DNA of 64,000 nt from Sphyrna mokarran (GCA_024679065.1 JAGIQG010000019.1:11966001-12030000), one strand, 5' to 3'; shown: positions 51,489 to 64,000, numbered from the stretch's first letter. The notes: generated by a model from the sequence alone, not told the origin. Translations and numbers: made by a program.

Positions 51489-52060
51489 GACAATTACTCA
51501 CCCAGGACTAGCAGTTATCAGGCATTCAGACAGTTTCAGAAACTTCCTGCAAGATAGGCAATTTATATTCTGATATGTTAGGCTCAAGGGCAGAAAACTG
51601 CTGCTGTCTGACATACACAGCATGGAATATTCAGTCAGTGTATTACACCTCCTTTACTTACAGGAAAAGATTGCTTTCAATTGAAGCAGAAACGTGTAAG
51701 CAGGTGCAGGGGCTCAGCTGAGTAAAATTCAAATTTCCTTTGGAGATTTGGAGCCCATTTACCACATGGGTATTGAACAAGCTGATGGGGGGAGGAATAT
51801 ATCCCAGTTTATTATACACCTGCAGTTGCAAATATTCTCCATGTAAGTAACCGAATGTTATGCTGTGAAATGTGCCATGTGCTGCCTGCACAGTGTCAAC
51901 TTGCCAAATTCTACAGGCTGACTTATCATCTGCTCTTTTCTTTCTGTTGCAGGTTTGCCAGAATGCCAAGATCACTAAATAAACGAACCCACTTTGTCAT
52001 TATGAAGTACCCCAAAGATTTAAGCATTGAAGGATTCACTGGGTGTGACCTTCTCGATGG

Positions 52061-52205
52061 TAGTCATGATGTGGAGATGCCGGCGATGGACTGAGGTAAA
52101 CACAATAAAAAGTCTCACAACACCAGGTTAAAGTCCAAAAGGTTTATTTGGCTACCAAATAAACCTGTTGGATTTTAACCTAGTGTCGTGAAACTCCTTA
52201 CTGTG
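52061..52205. mobile_element. Penelope pLTR fold-back mini-element without ribozyme core
   Basis: Arms 52101-52151 / 52155-52205 around a 3-nt loop. Confidence 0.8.
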
Positions 52206-52427
52206 TGACCATCTCAACACAGAATGAGCCACATCTCAAAAGCTGACAAATAGTGATGCAGGAAGGAGAAAGACTGACTATCAAGGGATACCGTTAATTG
52301 GGCCCAGCTCGTTAATTCATGATTTTAATCTCTTGGAACAGGCAATAAATGGATGGATGTTGCAGGAATGCATTCAGTCACTTGCCTCCCAGAACTTTAA
52401 TTGATAAAATAGTACCCAGAAACATTC

Positions 52428-52620
52428 AAGCTAGGTGAATTGGCCATGCTAAATTGTCAAGTGTTCGAAGATGTTCAGGTTAACTAGATTGGTCATGATC
52501 AGTATATGGAGTTACAGGGATAGGGCAAGGGAGTGGGGCTTAGGTACTCTTTCGCAGGAGGGTTGGTGCAGACTCAATGGACTGAATGGCCTCCTTCTGC
52601 ACTGTAGGGATTCTACGGAT
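52428..52620 (+). mobile_element. V-SINE 3' part
   Basis: ggccatgctaaattg...gaatggcctccttctgcactgtagggattcta. Confidence 0.75.
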
Positions 52621-53754
52621 TAGAGGGGAACTATATAGCCTATCATTGCTATACTAGAGCAATCCAAAACAATTCCCATTGCCCCACCTCTCTTTCTTTC
52701 TTCCTTTTTTTTGAATACCTACTCATATGACTCTTGAAAATTGCAACTATTTCTACCTCTAATATGACTTGTGGCATTGAATCTCAAACAATACCATGTA
52801 AAAATATATCCCTCACTACTTCTCACTTTCCTTGTGATCATTCTAAATTAATGACTCCTCATATCGTTTACCCAAGTGAAGGAAATAGTCTTTCTCTGTT
52901 AGCTGTATGAATACCTCTGGATTTTTAAAAGTCTATTAAATCTCCTCTTCACATTCTTTACGCCAATGGAATTTGTTCCAGTATCTCTAATCCCTCCCTA
53001 TAACACCAGCTTCCCAATCTGGCACCTGTCAGGATGTTCTGGTGATGTTCTGGGATCCTACATGGGTATTTAAATAGTCAATCTAGATGCAGTTGATAAT
53101 GCTCCAGTCTGGCATGCAATTTTTCAGAAACTCTTTCCTGCATCTTGATGTTAGTGTATTTATTAGCACATTGAGATAAGATAGCAATGAATTTCAAACT
53201 TGCCAAGACTCCTGCAATTACAAAACAGAGTACACAGCAAAAAAAATGGAGTGCCATGTCCATTACTGTTACTGACAGGACAGTACAGGTGTTAATCTTT
53301 GGCTGCATTTCTTTACTAGCTGTCATATCAGGAGCATAAACTGAAACATGGCCACCTAACGGCTGTGATCTGGGTAGTTCAATTGTATGTCAAATTCTTG
53401 CGCTATTTCCTGTAGGTCATACCACTTGCAGCTCTTTTGCTAGAAGTTTTTCAAAGTATGCTTCCCTGAAGATATCTTTAAGCTCCTTTTCTGGTATGTT
53501 CTTGCTGAAGGCTCCATTCTTTCCCATCACCTGTAGGCAACATAATATCTGCTCGGAGTTTATCCAATGGATTGTCCAATCTCAGTCTTGTTGATGTGTC
53601 GACCATTGGCAAAAAAGGCTTTAGGTGCCTCAGAACCCAATGATAACATTTCCAAGCTAATATATCTAATTTTTCCACGCTTCCTTTAAAGCTCTCAATT
53701 TCAGCTGCTTGTTGTTCGAGGGTTAACATCACAAATATTTTCACACTATATCTG

Positions 53755-53920
53755 AAAGATGTGTGAGTTAGGTGGATTGGTCATGCTAAATTGAGTTTAG
53801 TTTCAGGGGGATTAGCAGGGTAAATCTGAGGGGTTATAGAGCTAAGGTGGGATTATGTTGGTGCAGACTCAATGGGTCGAAAAGCCTATTTCTTTACCGT
53901 AGGGATTCTCCGATTCTATA
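53755..53920 (+). mobile_element. V-SINE 3' part
   Basis: aaagatgtgtgagttaggtggattggtcatgctaaattg...gtagggattctccgattcta. Confidence 0.75.
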
Positions 53921-56900
53921 ATACAGGATCCTTCTTGTCAATGCATATTCCCCCATCCCTTGACTGCGACATTGGCAAAAGATTTTCCAGCCTTAATTTC
54001 CTTGCACAAGGTTTGGAGCTTTTCAACATAGAGGATCATCAATCTTCATTCTCTCCTGCAAGTCTCTTTCAAAATTTAATCAATAAATCAAAGTCAATGC
54101 AGGCCAGGGGCACCTCCAACTGAGTTTGTTGTCTGCTTATTTCCACTCTAAAGATTTAACTATCTAAAATATATTCCAACTATTCCCAAGTTCTTCCAAT
54201 TATTTTTTTTTACCAGTCACATCTGCATACTTCCCATGGAAACTCAACAGCTTCATAGTATTCATTCATTAGCCAAGAAAATATAGTCGTCCTTAACCTC
54301 CTCATATTATTTATATTTTCTTCCTACTGAGCAGAATGTTGTAAACTGAACTATAGGGATATTTCTTCTAGCTACTTTATCTCATGTTCTACTGTTCTAT
54401 TTTGACAAAAGTTACTTCCGATTCCTCTTCCCAGACACACACTGGGATATACTGTTGCTCTTTCACAAGGTGGGCTTTTATCTGATTCTAGAACAGTTTT
54501 TTACCTGGAACTTGTTGCTCATCTGTCATCAAAGGCTCACTGCATCAAGCATGGCTGACCAGGAGTCTCTCCCACCCCTACTGCCTGTCATTGTCACGTT
54601 TGGAAGGATTTCAGAGTTTAATACTCAATTCTGTTTGACAGTGATATGAACACACGTGCCTTATTCAATAAATCCCAGATTGAGACTTGAGCCTGGGCCA
54701 GAGGCAGGGATGCTACCCATTGCACCACAAGACCTTCTACTGGGCCATGTCCGTTATGCATAAACACTCCAATTCTTTATTGTGAACTTGCAGAATGAAA
54801 ACTGGATCTTCTAATAATTCAGGGAAGTAAATTAAAAATGTGGATGGTGGAAATATGATTACTGGCTCCCATTCCAAACCTTTCCATCCACCTTTCTTCC
54901 TTTGGTCCTGGCAGACATGCCATGCATGATAGAAACAAAAAGGACTTGCATTTATATAGCACTTTTCATGACTCAGCACTCCTCAATGTGCTTTACACTA
55001 ATGAAGTGTGTTTCAATTTTAACCAATGTTGTAAAGTAGACATTCAACTGCCATCCTGTGCACAGCAAGCTTGCACAGCAGCAATGACGTCTTCCGGCCA
55101 ATGTTTATCCCTCAATCAACATCAGACAAGCAGACTATCTGGTCATTACCACATTGTTGCTAGTGGGAACTTGCTGTGTTCGGGATGGTGGTCAAACATC
55201 CCGCATTGCAACACTAATTACACTTCAAACACACTCCACTAGCTGTAAAGCACTGAGGATAAAGCCCTTGCTCTTTTTTGGGGATAACCCTTCACAGTCT
55301 TCCTCAAAGTAGTGCCATGGGATCTTTTACATCAACTTGTGAGAACAGACAGGACTTCAACTTTACGATTTTTCAAATTGCTGTCAGCATTTATCGCACA
55401 TCTCTAGTTGCCTTTGAGAAATTAGTGTTCTCATCCAAAAGATAGCCTTCTTTAATTTAGCAGCATTTTCCCACATTATTTGAAGTTTGGCAAGTGCAGT
55501 TAAATGCAGAAATCCAGAAGTTTCTGTCAGTTGTTCTACTCTACTTCAAAGGATATGTTATTAAAGTCCTTACGGATAGTGATTAAATGGAAATCACTGA
55601 GTGGATGAGATCTTATCCTTTTAGGTATTCGCTTCACAGTAAAAACTCTTGCAAAAAGTTATATCTTGTAAAATAGGATGTAACTGAGTGCTAAATGGTG
55701 TACATAATTCATTATTATTGCTGAATAATCGTGCTGACTCTGAAAAACTAAATTTATATCGATGGTACGTTAAATTTCACCTTTATGATAAAATAATTCG
55801 ACATATTTCATCAAAAAAATTTCAGTGCCTACCTTAATCCCACGTTTATTAATCCAATAATTTATTCTATGTCTCTGTAAAATGTAATTAAAAATGAAAG
55901 ATAATCAAAGCATTTTACACCCTGGTTTGTCGTCTATGAGGATATCTAAGTGTGATTGGTTGCTTACCCTTTTTGATGAGCTAAAGTATTGAAGTTTATT
56001 TATTATCACAAGTAGGCTTACATTCACACTGCAAAGAAGTTACTGTGAAAAACCCCTAGTCAGCACATACCGGCATCTGTGCGGGTACATTGAGGGAGAA
56101 TTTAGCATGGCCAATGCACCTAATCAGTTACATTACTCTTGCTGGATGCCTGGAGATCCCAGTTTACACGACCGAGAAGAAATTGGCAATCAGCGCCACT
56201 GCGATTGGTAGACCTTTGAGGTGGCTTTCATTGAGAGCACCTATGGGTACCATTGCTTTGTTGCTGACCATGAAATCTGGAACCATTAGTGACTAGAATT
56301 GTCTGGTAAACTGTTTCAGTTCTTAACACAAAAGGCACATTATTGTATGTTTAAAAAAAATATTTTGACACAGGTTTGATCCTGAGGATTGCATGTGACA
56401 CGAAGGCCAACGTTTAATCAATGTTGCAAAATTATTTGCGGCAGTATTGAATTAAGTGACTACACCATGTGAAATGTTCTCTTTTTAACACTGCCAAAGT
56501 TGTCTCTTCTGAAAGATTTATTGACTTGAGCACGAGATGATTTTACTGTGATTTAACTACAAGAGACTTTAATTCCTAACTCCTGACATGCTTCACTGTT
56601 GTGATCTTATTTGGCTGAAACTCTTTCAATGGAACATGATGCCTCATTTTATGTAAATATATGTAAGCGGATCTACTTACCAATGCTGACAACACTTATC
56701 ATGCTGGTGTCAGCATTTAGCAATTAGCTGTTATGTTTTATGACTATTTATATTGAGGGAAGTTTGCTATTTTCCTGGGGTACACAACCAATTAGGTGTT
56801 AATGATTTTTGCATTTGCTGTGCCACTAGCAATTGGATTTCATTTTTATCATCATAGAACCCCTACGGTGCAGAAGGAGGCCATTCTGCCCATTGTATCT

Positions 56901-57011
56901 GCACTGATTCTCCAACAGAGCATCTTATCCAGGCTCACCCCCTGCCCCATTTCTGTAACCCCATGCATTTACCCCATCAATCCCTCTCACCTCCATATCT
57001 TGGGACAATGG

Positions 57012-57136
57012 AGGTGGAATTCTCTGGTCTTGCTTGCCAGAGGCATTGTAGCGGATGGGAAGGACCGCACAAATGTCCATTGACTTTGGGCGGGAATTTC
57101 CGGCCTTTGGGTGAGCTTAGGCGGAAAATCCCACCC
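57012..57136 (+). mobile_element. ~125-bp hairpin-ended non-autonomous element (follows a V-SINE tail at 56853-57008, minus)
   Basis: ggtggaattctc...aaatgtccattgac...gggcgggaatttcc-loop-ggaaaatcccaccc. Confidence 0.55.
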
Positions 57137-57427
57137 TAGGACTCAGGAATTACCATGTATGCAACAAAACAAAGTCAGGCAGAATTCATTACTAATGAAT
57201 CTTTATTCTACCCATCTACAATCTATAAATAAACTGAAATTCACTGAACTTCCCCATCAAGAAAATCCCAATGAAATTTGTTAAATTAATGGAAATGATG
57301 TGCCTTGTGAAATGACTGTTGAATCTACTATTTTCTCCTATAAGTTGGCATTCAAACAATTTTTGGGTTTCTGCAATGTTCAATCTGCTAATTAATATGT
57401 TAATATCTTACTGGGTGCTGACCTCTT

Positions 57428-57738
57428 CATAGGATCCTGCAGTTAGAAGGGGGCCATTTAGTCCATCAAGTCTGCACTGACCACAATCCCATACAGGCCC
57501 TGTCCCCATAATCCAATCAATCTACCCCAGCTCGTCCCCCTGACATTAAGGAGCAATTTACCATGGCAAATCCACCTAACCTACGCATCTTTGGAGTGTG
57601 AGAGGAAACCAGAGCACCCAGAGGAAACCCACACAGAGACAATGTGTAAACTCCACGCAGAGAGTGACCTAAGCCGGAAATTGAATCCGGGTCCCTGGAG
57701 CTGTGAGGCAGCAGTGCTAACCGCTGTGCCACCATGCT
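57428..57738 (-). mobile_element. HE1-like V-SINE
   Basis: Full head-to-tail on minus strand. Confidence 0.9.
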
Positions 57739-57979
57739 GCCCCTTGTTGCAGGATGGAGTGCTCCAAGTGTTCAAAAAAGATCCTGCTTGAAGGAAGATG
57801 AGTTATTTTATTCACTTGAAGTGGTTACAACATTGTGTACTGACAGTTTGCTTATTGCCAGTGCTGATATGAAATCAATAATTATAAAAGTCTTTTACCA
57901 TTTAATATCCATCACTTTAAAGTGAACTGGATAATTATTTGGAAGGGAAGATCCATTGAGGGAATAGGCAGAGGAATAA

Positions 57980-58475
57980 TCATAGAGTCCATGCAATGCA
58001 GAAGGAGACCAATCAGTTCACTGAGTCAGCACTGACTCTCCTAAAGAGTATTCCATCCAGACCCTCCCCTCAGCCCTATTCCCCTAACCCTATATTTGCC
58101 ATGGCTAATCCACCTAACCTGACATCTTTGGACACTAAGAGGCAATTTATCATGGCTAATCCATCCAACCTACACATCTTTGGACACTAAGAGGCAATTT
58201 AGCATGGCCAATCCACCTAACCTGCACATTTTTGAACATTAAGAGTCAATTCACCACAGCTAATCCACCTAACTTGCACATTTTTGAACATGATGAGTTA
58301 ATTTACCATGGCCAATCCACCTAACCTGCACATTTTGGACTGGTGGAGGAAACCTCAGCATCCAATCGGAACCCACACAGACACTTGGAGAATGTGTGAT
58401 TTCCTTACAGTCACCCAAGACGAGAGTCAAACCTGGGTCTCTGGCACTCTGAGATAAAAAAGCTGACCACTGGAA
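57980..58475 (-). mobile_element. HE1-like V-SINE with five tandem ~52-bp units
   Basis: ccatggctaatccacctaacctgcacatctttggacactaagaggcaattta-like unit x5 at ~58099-58342. Confidence 0.85.
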
Positions 58476-58700
58476 TAACAATGACTCTAAATAGAAGAGC
58501 TAGATTGAAACTGGCACAATGGGCAAAATGGCCTCTTTCTGCAAATTCTACTGTTTCATGGTTAAATTAGTTCCACCTTACATGGTGTTTGGGAAGAATT
58601 GGCATCAAACCAGTGAGGAGATAAAGCCAAGATGTTTGATCCGATTATAAGTTAGGCCAGAAAAAACACGCAATAAATTAACAAGATACAAATTACAAAT

Positions 58701-58858
58701 GTCAATTCACCACAGCTAATCCACCTAACTTGCACATTTTTGAACATGATGAGTTAATTTACCATGGCCAATCCACCTAACCTGCACATTTTGGACTGGT
58801 GGAGGAAACCTCAGCATCCAATCGGAACCCACACAGACACTTGGAGAATGTGTGATTT
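58701..58858 (+). repeat. Exact 158-bp direct copy of 58245-58402
   Basis: Base-by-base identity by eye, offset 456 bp. Confidence 0.95.
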
Positions 58859-58907
58859 ATTGAATATGTGTATCTATGTGTATTTATTGAATATGTGTAT
58901 TATGTGT

Positions 58908-59271
58908 ATCTTATTGAAGCATATAAGATGATTAGAGGTTTGGATAGGGTGGACAGTGATAGCCTTTTTCCTAGGATGGAGAAAGCTAGCACGAGGGGAC
59001 ACAACTTTAAATTAAGGGGTATGAGTTATAGGACGGATATCAGAGGTAGGTTCTTTACTCAAAGAGTGATTAGGGAGTGGAATGCCCTGCCTGCAGCTGT
59101 TGTAGATGCGCCAAGTTTGGTGGCGTTTAAGAGGTTAGTTGATAAGTATATGGAAGAGAAGGGAATGGTTTAGTTTGGAGGGGCATTGCTTTTTATTTTG
59201 GTCGGCACAACATCGAAGGCCGAAGGGCCTGTTCTGTGCTGTATTGTTCTATGTTCTATGTTCTATGTTCT
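58908..59271 (+). mobile_element. Young CR1 (HER1-like) 3' end
   Basis: LIEAYKMIRGLDRVDSDSLFPRMEK...MEEKGMV; (ttctatg)n tail; almost identical to 25910-26262. Confidence 0.95.
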
Positions 59272-60002
59272 AAATGTGTTCTTAATCTGTGAGCTAAACT
59301 GGTAAAATAAGAATCTTGATTTAATGTACGGCAATTTAAGTACTGCTCCTGCCCTCCTCTCCTGCTATCTTTGCCTTGTTCACATGCTTGCTCTTTCTTG
59401 CCGCCTGTGGCTGTTTTTGCTTCAGTGCTGCTATTTTGTCTGCTGTTTGTCTTGATCTGGACAGTTTGTTCCAAGGTAGGGAATTGGTTGGATGTAGTAG
59501 CTTCTCAAGCACCTAATTTTGGCTTCATATGTTCTGTACTATTTTAATCCCTCTATTCCTGCTCACTTATAAAAATTTTGGGACCATATTACATCCCTAC
59601 AAAAATGTACAGTTTAACATATTAACTCTTATGGGAGGATCAGAAATCATAAAGATAGGGTTAATGATTAAATAGTGAAGGGAGAAGGGGCATGTTGCTG
59701 GATTTGCTTTAACAAATTCCACTTTAATTGCAATTTTACTTATTCTGAACAAAGACACGACTGAAGGTAGAATCTCTTAAGTTGGGACACTACTTGCTTT
59801 GTGATCAACAGACAATCTGACTAACAGTTTATCATGAACTATACAAGCCAGCTAAATTAATCAAAATAGGTTATTCAGTGCTACTAAACTGAACTTTCAC
59901 ATAAGACCATTCTGTACGAAGTAAATGGGACAATTGTCACATAAACGAATAATAACATCTAAATGTCTATTTGAAAGCGTTTTCGCTGATAAATGCATGG
60001 TT

Positions 60003-60845
60003 CATAAGTTCATAAGAGATAGGAGTAGAATTACGCCATTCAGCCCATCTACTCTGTCATTTGATCACGACTGATATGTTACTTATCTCCATTTTTCTGC
60101 CTTCTTCCCATAACCCTTCAACCCATTACAAATTAAAAATCTGTCTAACTCCTCCTTAAATTTCCTCACTGTCCCAGCATCCAACATATTTTGGAATAGC
60201 AAATTCCACAGATTCACAAACCTTTGGGAGAAGTAGTTTCTCTTCGACTTGTCTTAAATTTGCTACCCCTCATCCTAAGACTCTGACCACAAGAGGAAGC
60301 ATTTACTTTATCCATACCTTTAATCATCTTATAAACCTCAATTTGATCTCTCCTCATTCTTTTAAATTCCAGAGAGTATAGCTTAAACAATTCAATCTCT
60401 CTTCATACGATAAACCTCTTATCTCAATCAATCTTGAATCAAACTAGTGAAGCTCCTTTGAACTGTCTCCAATGCCACTACATCTTTCTTCAAATAAGGT
60501 GGTCAAAACTCCAGGTGCAGTCTCACCAATGTCTTGTATAGCTGCAACAATACTTCCTTACTTTTATATTCTATTCCGTTAGCTATAAGTGCCAATATTC
60601 TATTTGCTTTCATTATTATCTGCCATATCTGCATGCTAGTTTTCTGTGACTCATGAATGAGGACACCCAGGTTCCTCTCCACCAGAGCACCCTGAAATCT
60701 CTCCCCATTTAAATAATAAGCCATTTTCTCATTTTCCCAACCAAAATGCATGACCTTGCACTTATCCATGTTAAACTCCATCTGCCATCTTTTGGCTCTC
60801 TCTCCTAACCTATCTCTATCCATTGGTAGGGTTCTTATTTTCCCC
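60003..60845 (-). mobile_element. Older CR1 LINE fragment
   Basis: ORF 60503-60859 has WQMEFNMDKCKVMHFG...LYKTLVRLHLE; 3' tail near 60003. Confidence 0.9.
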
Positions 60846-62499
60846 AAGTGTCCAGACACTGTAACATGAGAGGATATTCAGTAGTCCTGTCTCCCAGTAG
60901 CAAGGATAGTCAAAATGTGACGGCCTGTTTTCCTACCCTCACATCCTTTAACAGCAGCTCCCAGTTAGAGCACAGAATTGTTGCTTTTATCCTACGTTGA
61001 AAACTTCCTTCAGTCAGAGATAAGCAACAAAAGGTTAACTTTAGTTATCACTGCACACTCCAAAAATCAAAGCCAACTGTGTTGCACTGCTTGGCGTAAG
61101 TTGAAACTGAAAACACAATTTATTGTTTTTGTAAGCAGAAAAATCTGACCTTATTTTGTCACTTGCATTTATATCATTTTGATGGAAAATGATTTTCCGT
61201 TACATTAGTGCATCCCCTCTAAAGTATTGCATTGCAACTTAACAGTTGAATGTTCATCAATCCTGATGAAGAATTGTCATAAAGTAAGCTCCATATTTAT
61301 ACAAATAAATGTCAGCTACTCTCCAAGTTTCATCTGCTTACAATCAGTGGAAGTGTGAGAGTTGCTGTCAATGTGTATCACCGGTGCAATGCACAGACTG
61401 ATGGAAAGGATAACCTCCGTATAGACCACTCTAAAATGTGGCTGCCTCCATTCACAGTTCCCCTGAATCTCATGCATGCAATGCTTTCACTGCTTCAGAG
61501 CGGATTCTGCATGCAATGTAGGCTTTTACACTCCATCCGTGCTGTTCCGCAGGATGCCACTGAGCACTGCTTGAGTGTATCTGACAGATCCACGCAAGCA
61601 AGATGAATGACTCATGCTTAAAAAGATACCATTTTTGTGTACTTGGAGAAATCCATAACATCCTCTATGTTATGTATTATATTGTGATTGTGTTTTATAT
61701 ATATAGGAAAGTATATCTTTTCAATTCTCTAACCCCCAGTGAAAGATCACATTGGGTAAAGCACTGTCCATTAACGTCTCTATCCTTATGAGACAGCAGT
61801 GGAGAGGCAGTATTCCTATTTATGGCTATCCTTCAAATGTATTAAAAATTCATTTGTGTGCCGCAGCTTCATCGTTCAAAAATGGTCCATTTTCAAACTG
61901 CAATGATGATGCCCACAAAATATTTCTTCCACAAGCTCATAGGAGAGGGCAGAGTCAAATAAAATCTCATCCTTTTTAAAATGGCGAGAATAAAGAAATA
62001 CACAATCCATGTGGATTAGCTACTGCCAAAGCACTGAAAAGGTCAGATAGAATGATAAGCAGGAAACGTACAAATCCGAGGTCAAAATAATTTCCCTGGT
62101 TCTCATTTTTATATTGGTTGGAGCAAATTCCCCTCCAGCAACTTATACAGTACGCTGGGCTTGAATGCAATTCTATCCCCGTATTGTTTCAAATTTACAA
62201 CAGCCACAACATTGATCTGAATTTGCGAGTGGGTTTAGAGACCTTGGTTGATTTCCTATTTACTCAGAAATTGGTTAGAATAGGAAACTCACTTCCAAAG
62301 CCTTTGAGGCAAAAGGATTAAAAGATGGTGCTCATCGAGCTAGTTGAAGTGGGAGATGTTTTATGGGGGAGGAGGTCCATGTACAGCACAGGATAAATGG
62401 GCTGAACGGCCAGTTTCTGTACTGAGCTGAGTTGTTTGTGCCCGTTTTTACTGCAAATACATTTTTTAGCTGCATCGCCATAGGATTCTTCTGAAGTAC

Positions 62500-62677
62500 T
62501 TTGTTTTTTGCATACCTTTTGATATTTTTATGCCAATCAAAAAAACCAGTTCAATATTAAACCCAATTCATGGTCCCCACATGAGGGACAAATAAGATCC
62601 AAGCTGACAAGGTGAGACATAGCACCCCCTCCTGGGCTTGATCTGACACTTCACCTTAGCCAAAAGGCTGAGATTGC
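62500..62677 (-). mobile_element. U2 snRNA 5'-fragment-headed SINE-like element or U2 chimera
   Basis: Minus strand TCTCAGCCTTTTGGCTAAGGTGAAGTGT (62646-62673) vs U2 TCTCGGCCTTTTGGCTAAGATCAAGTGT, 25/28; non-U2 body and A-rich end follow. Confidence 0.6.
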
Positions 62678-63124
62678 TTTGAGAAATTGTTTAATCTCAG
62701 AGGTTGCCCTGATCCTTTATTCTACCATAGCCTAGGCAAACCACCATGGCAGGCGTCAGCACACCCCAAATACAAAGGGTATAGCCTCGCACCTGTCTCA
62801 TCATGGTCTCATCCCTGCCGGGTGAGTTTTGTTCTGTGATACTATGCAGTTTGAAATCTAATGACCTAGTGAACAGAGCTTGGCTTTGGACAGAGCAGAA
62901 ATTTATTTTATATTTTATCTGTAGAATTCAATCAAAAAACTTAATGAAAAGTTCTGCCTTGGTATTGATCAATTATTCTTGGAGGTTTGTATGTGGAGCC
63001 ACTAGAAATCAAGTCGCAAAGACTCTGTCACAAGCGATGCTTAATTGGATTATAAAGCAAAGCTGTGCAAATTTGTCTTTGATTCTTAACATATGTGGAA
63101 GATTTCAAGAACATGACTGAAAGT

Positions 63125-63430
63125 GAAGGTGGCACAGTGGTTCACCCTGCTGCCTCACAGCACCAGGAACCCAGGTTCAATTCCTGGCTTGGTTCACTGT
63201 CTGTGTGGAGTTTTGTACATTCTCCCTGTGTCTGTGTGGGATTCCTCCAGATGCTCTGGTTTCTGCCCACACTCCAAAGATGTGTGGATTTGGCGCATTA
63301 GCCATGTTAAATTCTCCTTAGTGTGAGGGGAACTAGCTCGAGTAAATATATGGGGTTCTGGGGATAGAGCCTGGACGGGATTATGTTTGATGGACCACAT
63401 GACCTCCTTCTGCGCTGTAGTATTCAATGA
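63125..63430 (+). mobile_element. HE1-like V-SINE
   Basis: ggtggcacagtggtt...ctgcgctgtagtattcaatg. Confidence 0.85.
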
Positions 63431-64000
63431 AACTATTCTTTCCTAAAACCCTGCACGTTCATTTAACTGCTTTAAAAGTCACCACCATTCAAAGGTTTAG
63501 TAAAAGTAATTGACAATATTGTCATTAGGGTTGACATTTAACAAAATCACAGTTGCCAATTGTAACCAAACCTAATAATACACTTCATTTTTCAAAGTTG
63601 CACCACACACTTGACAGAGTTTGAAGCAGTGCTGTATGTCTCATGTTAACATTTCTACCTTTGTAAACAAACACAATGGGATTGATTTTACCATTTTTTT
63701 AAAGTGCTGGATGGACTTGAAATTGAGAGAGTTTCAGATCCATCTTTTGGGTGTGTTTTTAGCATCCCGCCACCAAACCTCCAACTGTTCCATACACAAT
63801 CTGCCTGCAAAATTCTGAACGAGCCTGTTACTCGCTGCAGAAGCCTGTGGGTGGGGCTTGATGTGTCTGAAAGCTTGCAGAGAGACAAAGCTTGCAGAGC
63901 GCACATGAGCAGGCCTCTGATGCTGTACTTGCGCATCAGCGGTAGAAGGCGTCTGACAGACAAGGAGAGAGTTGTCAGGCCTCTGCTGATGCCGGCAGCC

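Noticed and set aside
58099-58342. CRISPR-like regular repeats
   Set aside because: Contiguous SINE units without unique spacers; eukaryotic context, no cas genes
59335-59475. Hydrophobic plus-strand frame ending AAG|gtagg
   Set aside because: CT-rich composition explains hydrophobicity; no acceptor or in-frame ATG

Overview
Eukaryotic, repeat-dense vertebrate DNA. The repeat content (HE1-like tRNA-derived V-SINEs, HER1/CR1 LINEs, Deu-domain SINEs) points to a shark or other elasmobranch. The window is mostly intronic/intergenic, and nearly all ORF-track calls are TE remnants or noise. It holds about 30 V-SINEs with two different 3' tails, three near-identical young CR1 copies, older CR1, Rex1/Babar and L2 fragments, a decayed Gypsy gag-pol, TIR-type non-autonomous DNA elements and two lineages of Penelope-like elements (PLEs). 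The only credible host-gene signal is a minus-strand first coding exon at 45952-46026 (signal-peptide-like, unidentified) with a GC/GA-rich 5' region. The best 'system' candidate is a set of Penelope-derived fold-back or solo mini-elements carrying minimal hammerhead ribozyme cores, some flanked by target-site duplications (TSDs) and one with a U3-A8 core variant. Other notable items: a U2-snRNA-headed SINE-like element, a CR1 insertion carrying a perfect 158-bp locally templated copy at its 5' junction, a perfect 59-bp inverted repeat and a micro-inversion inside a Penelope arm. All calls were made by eye without searches. Repeat boundaries are approximate (about +/-10-30 bp) unless given as exact.
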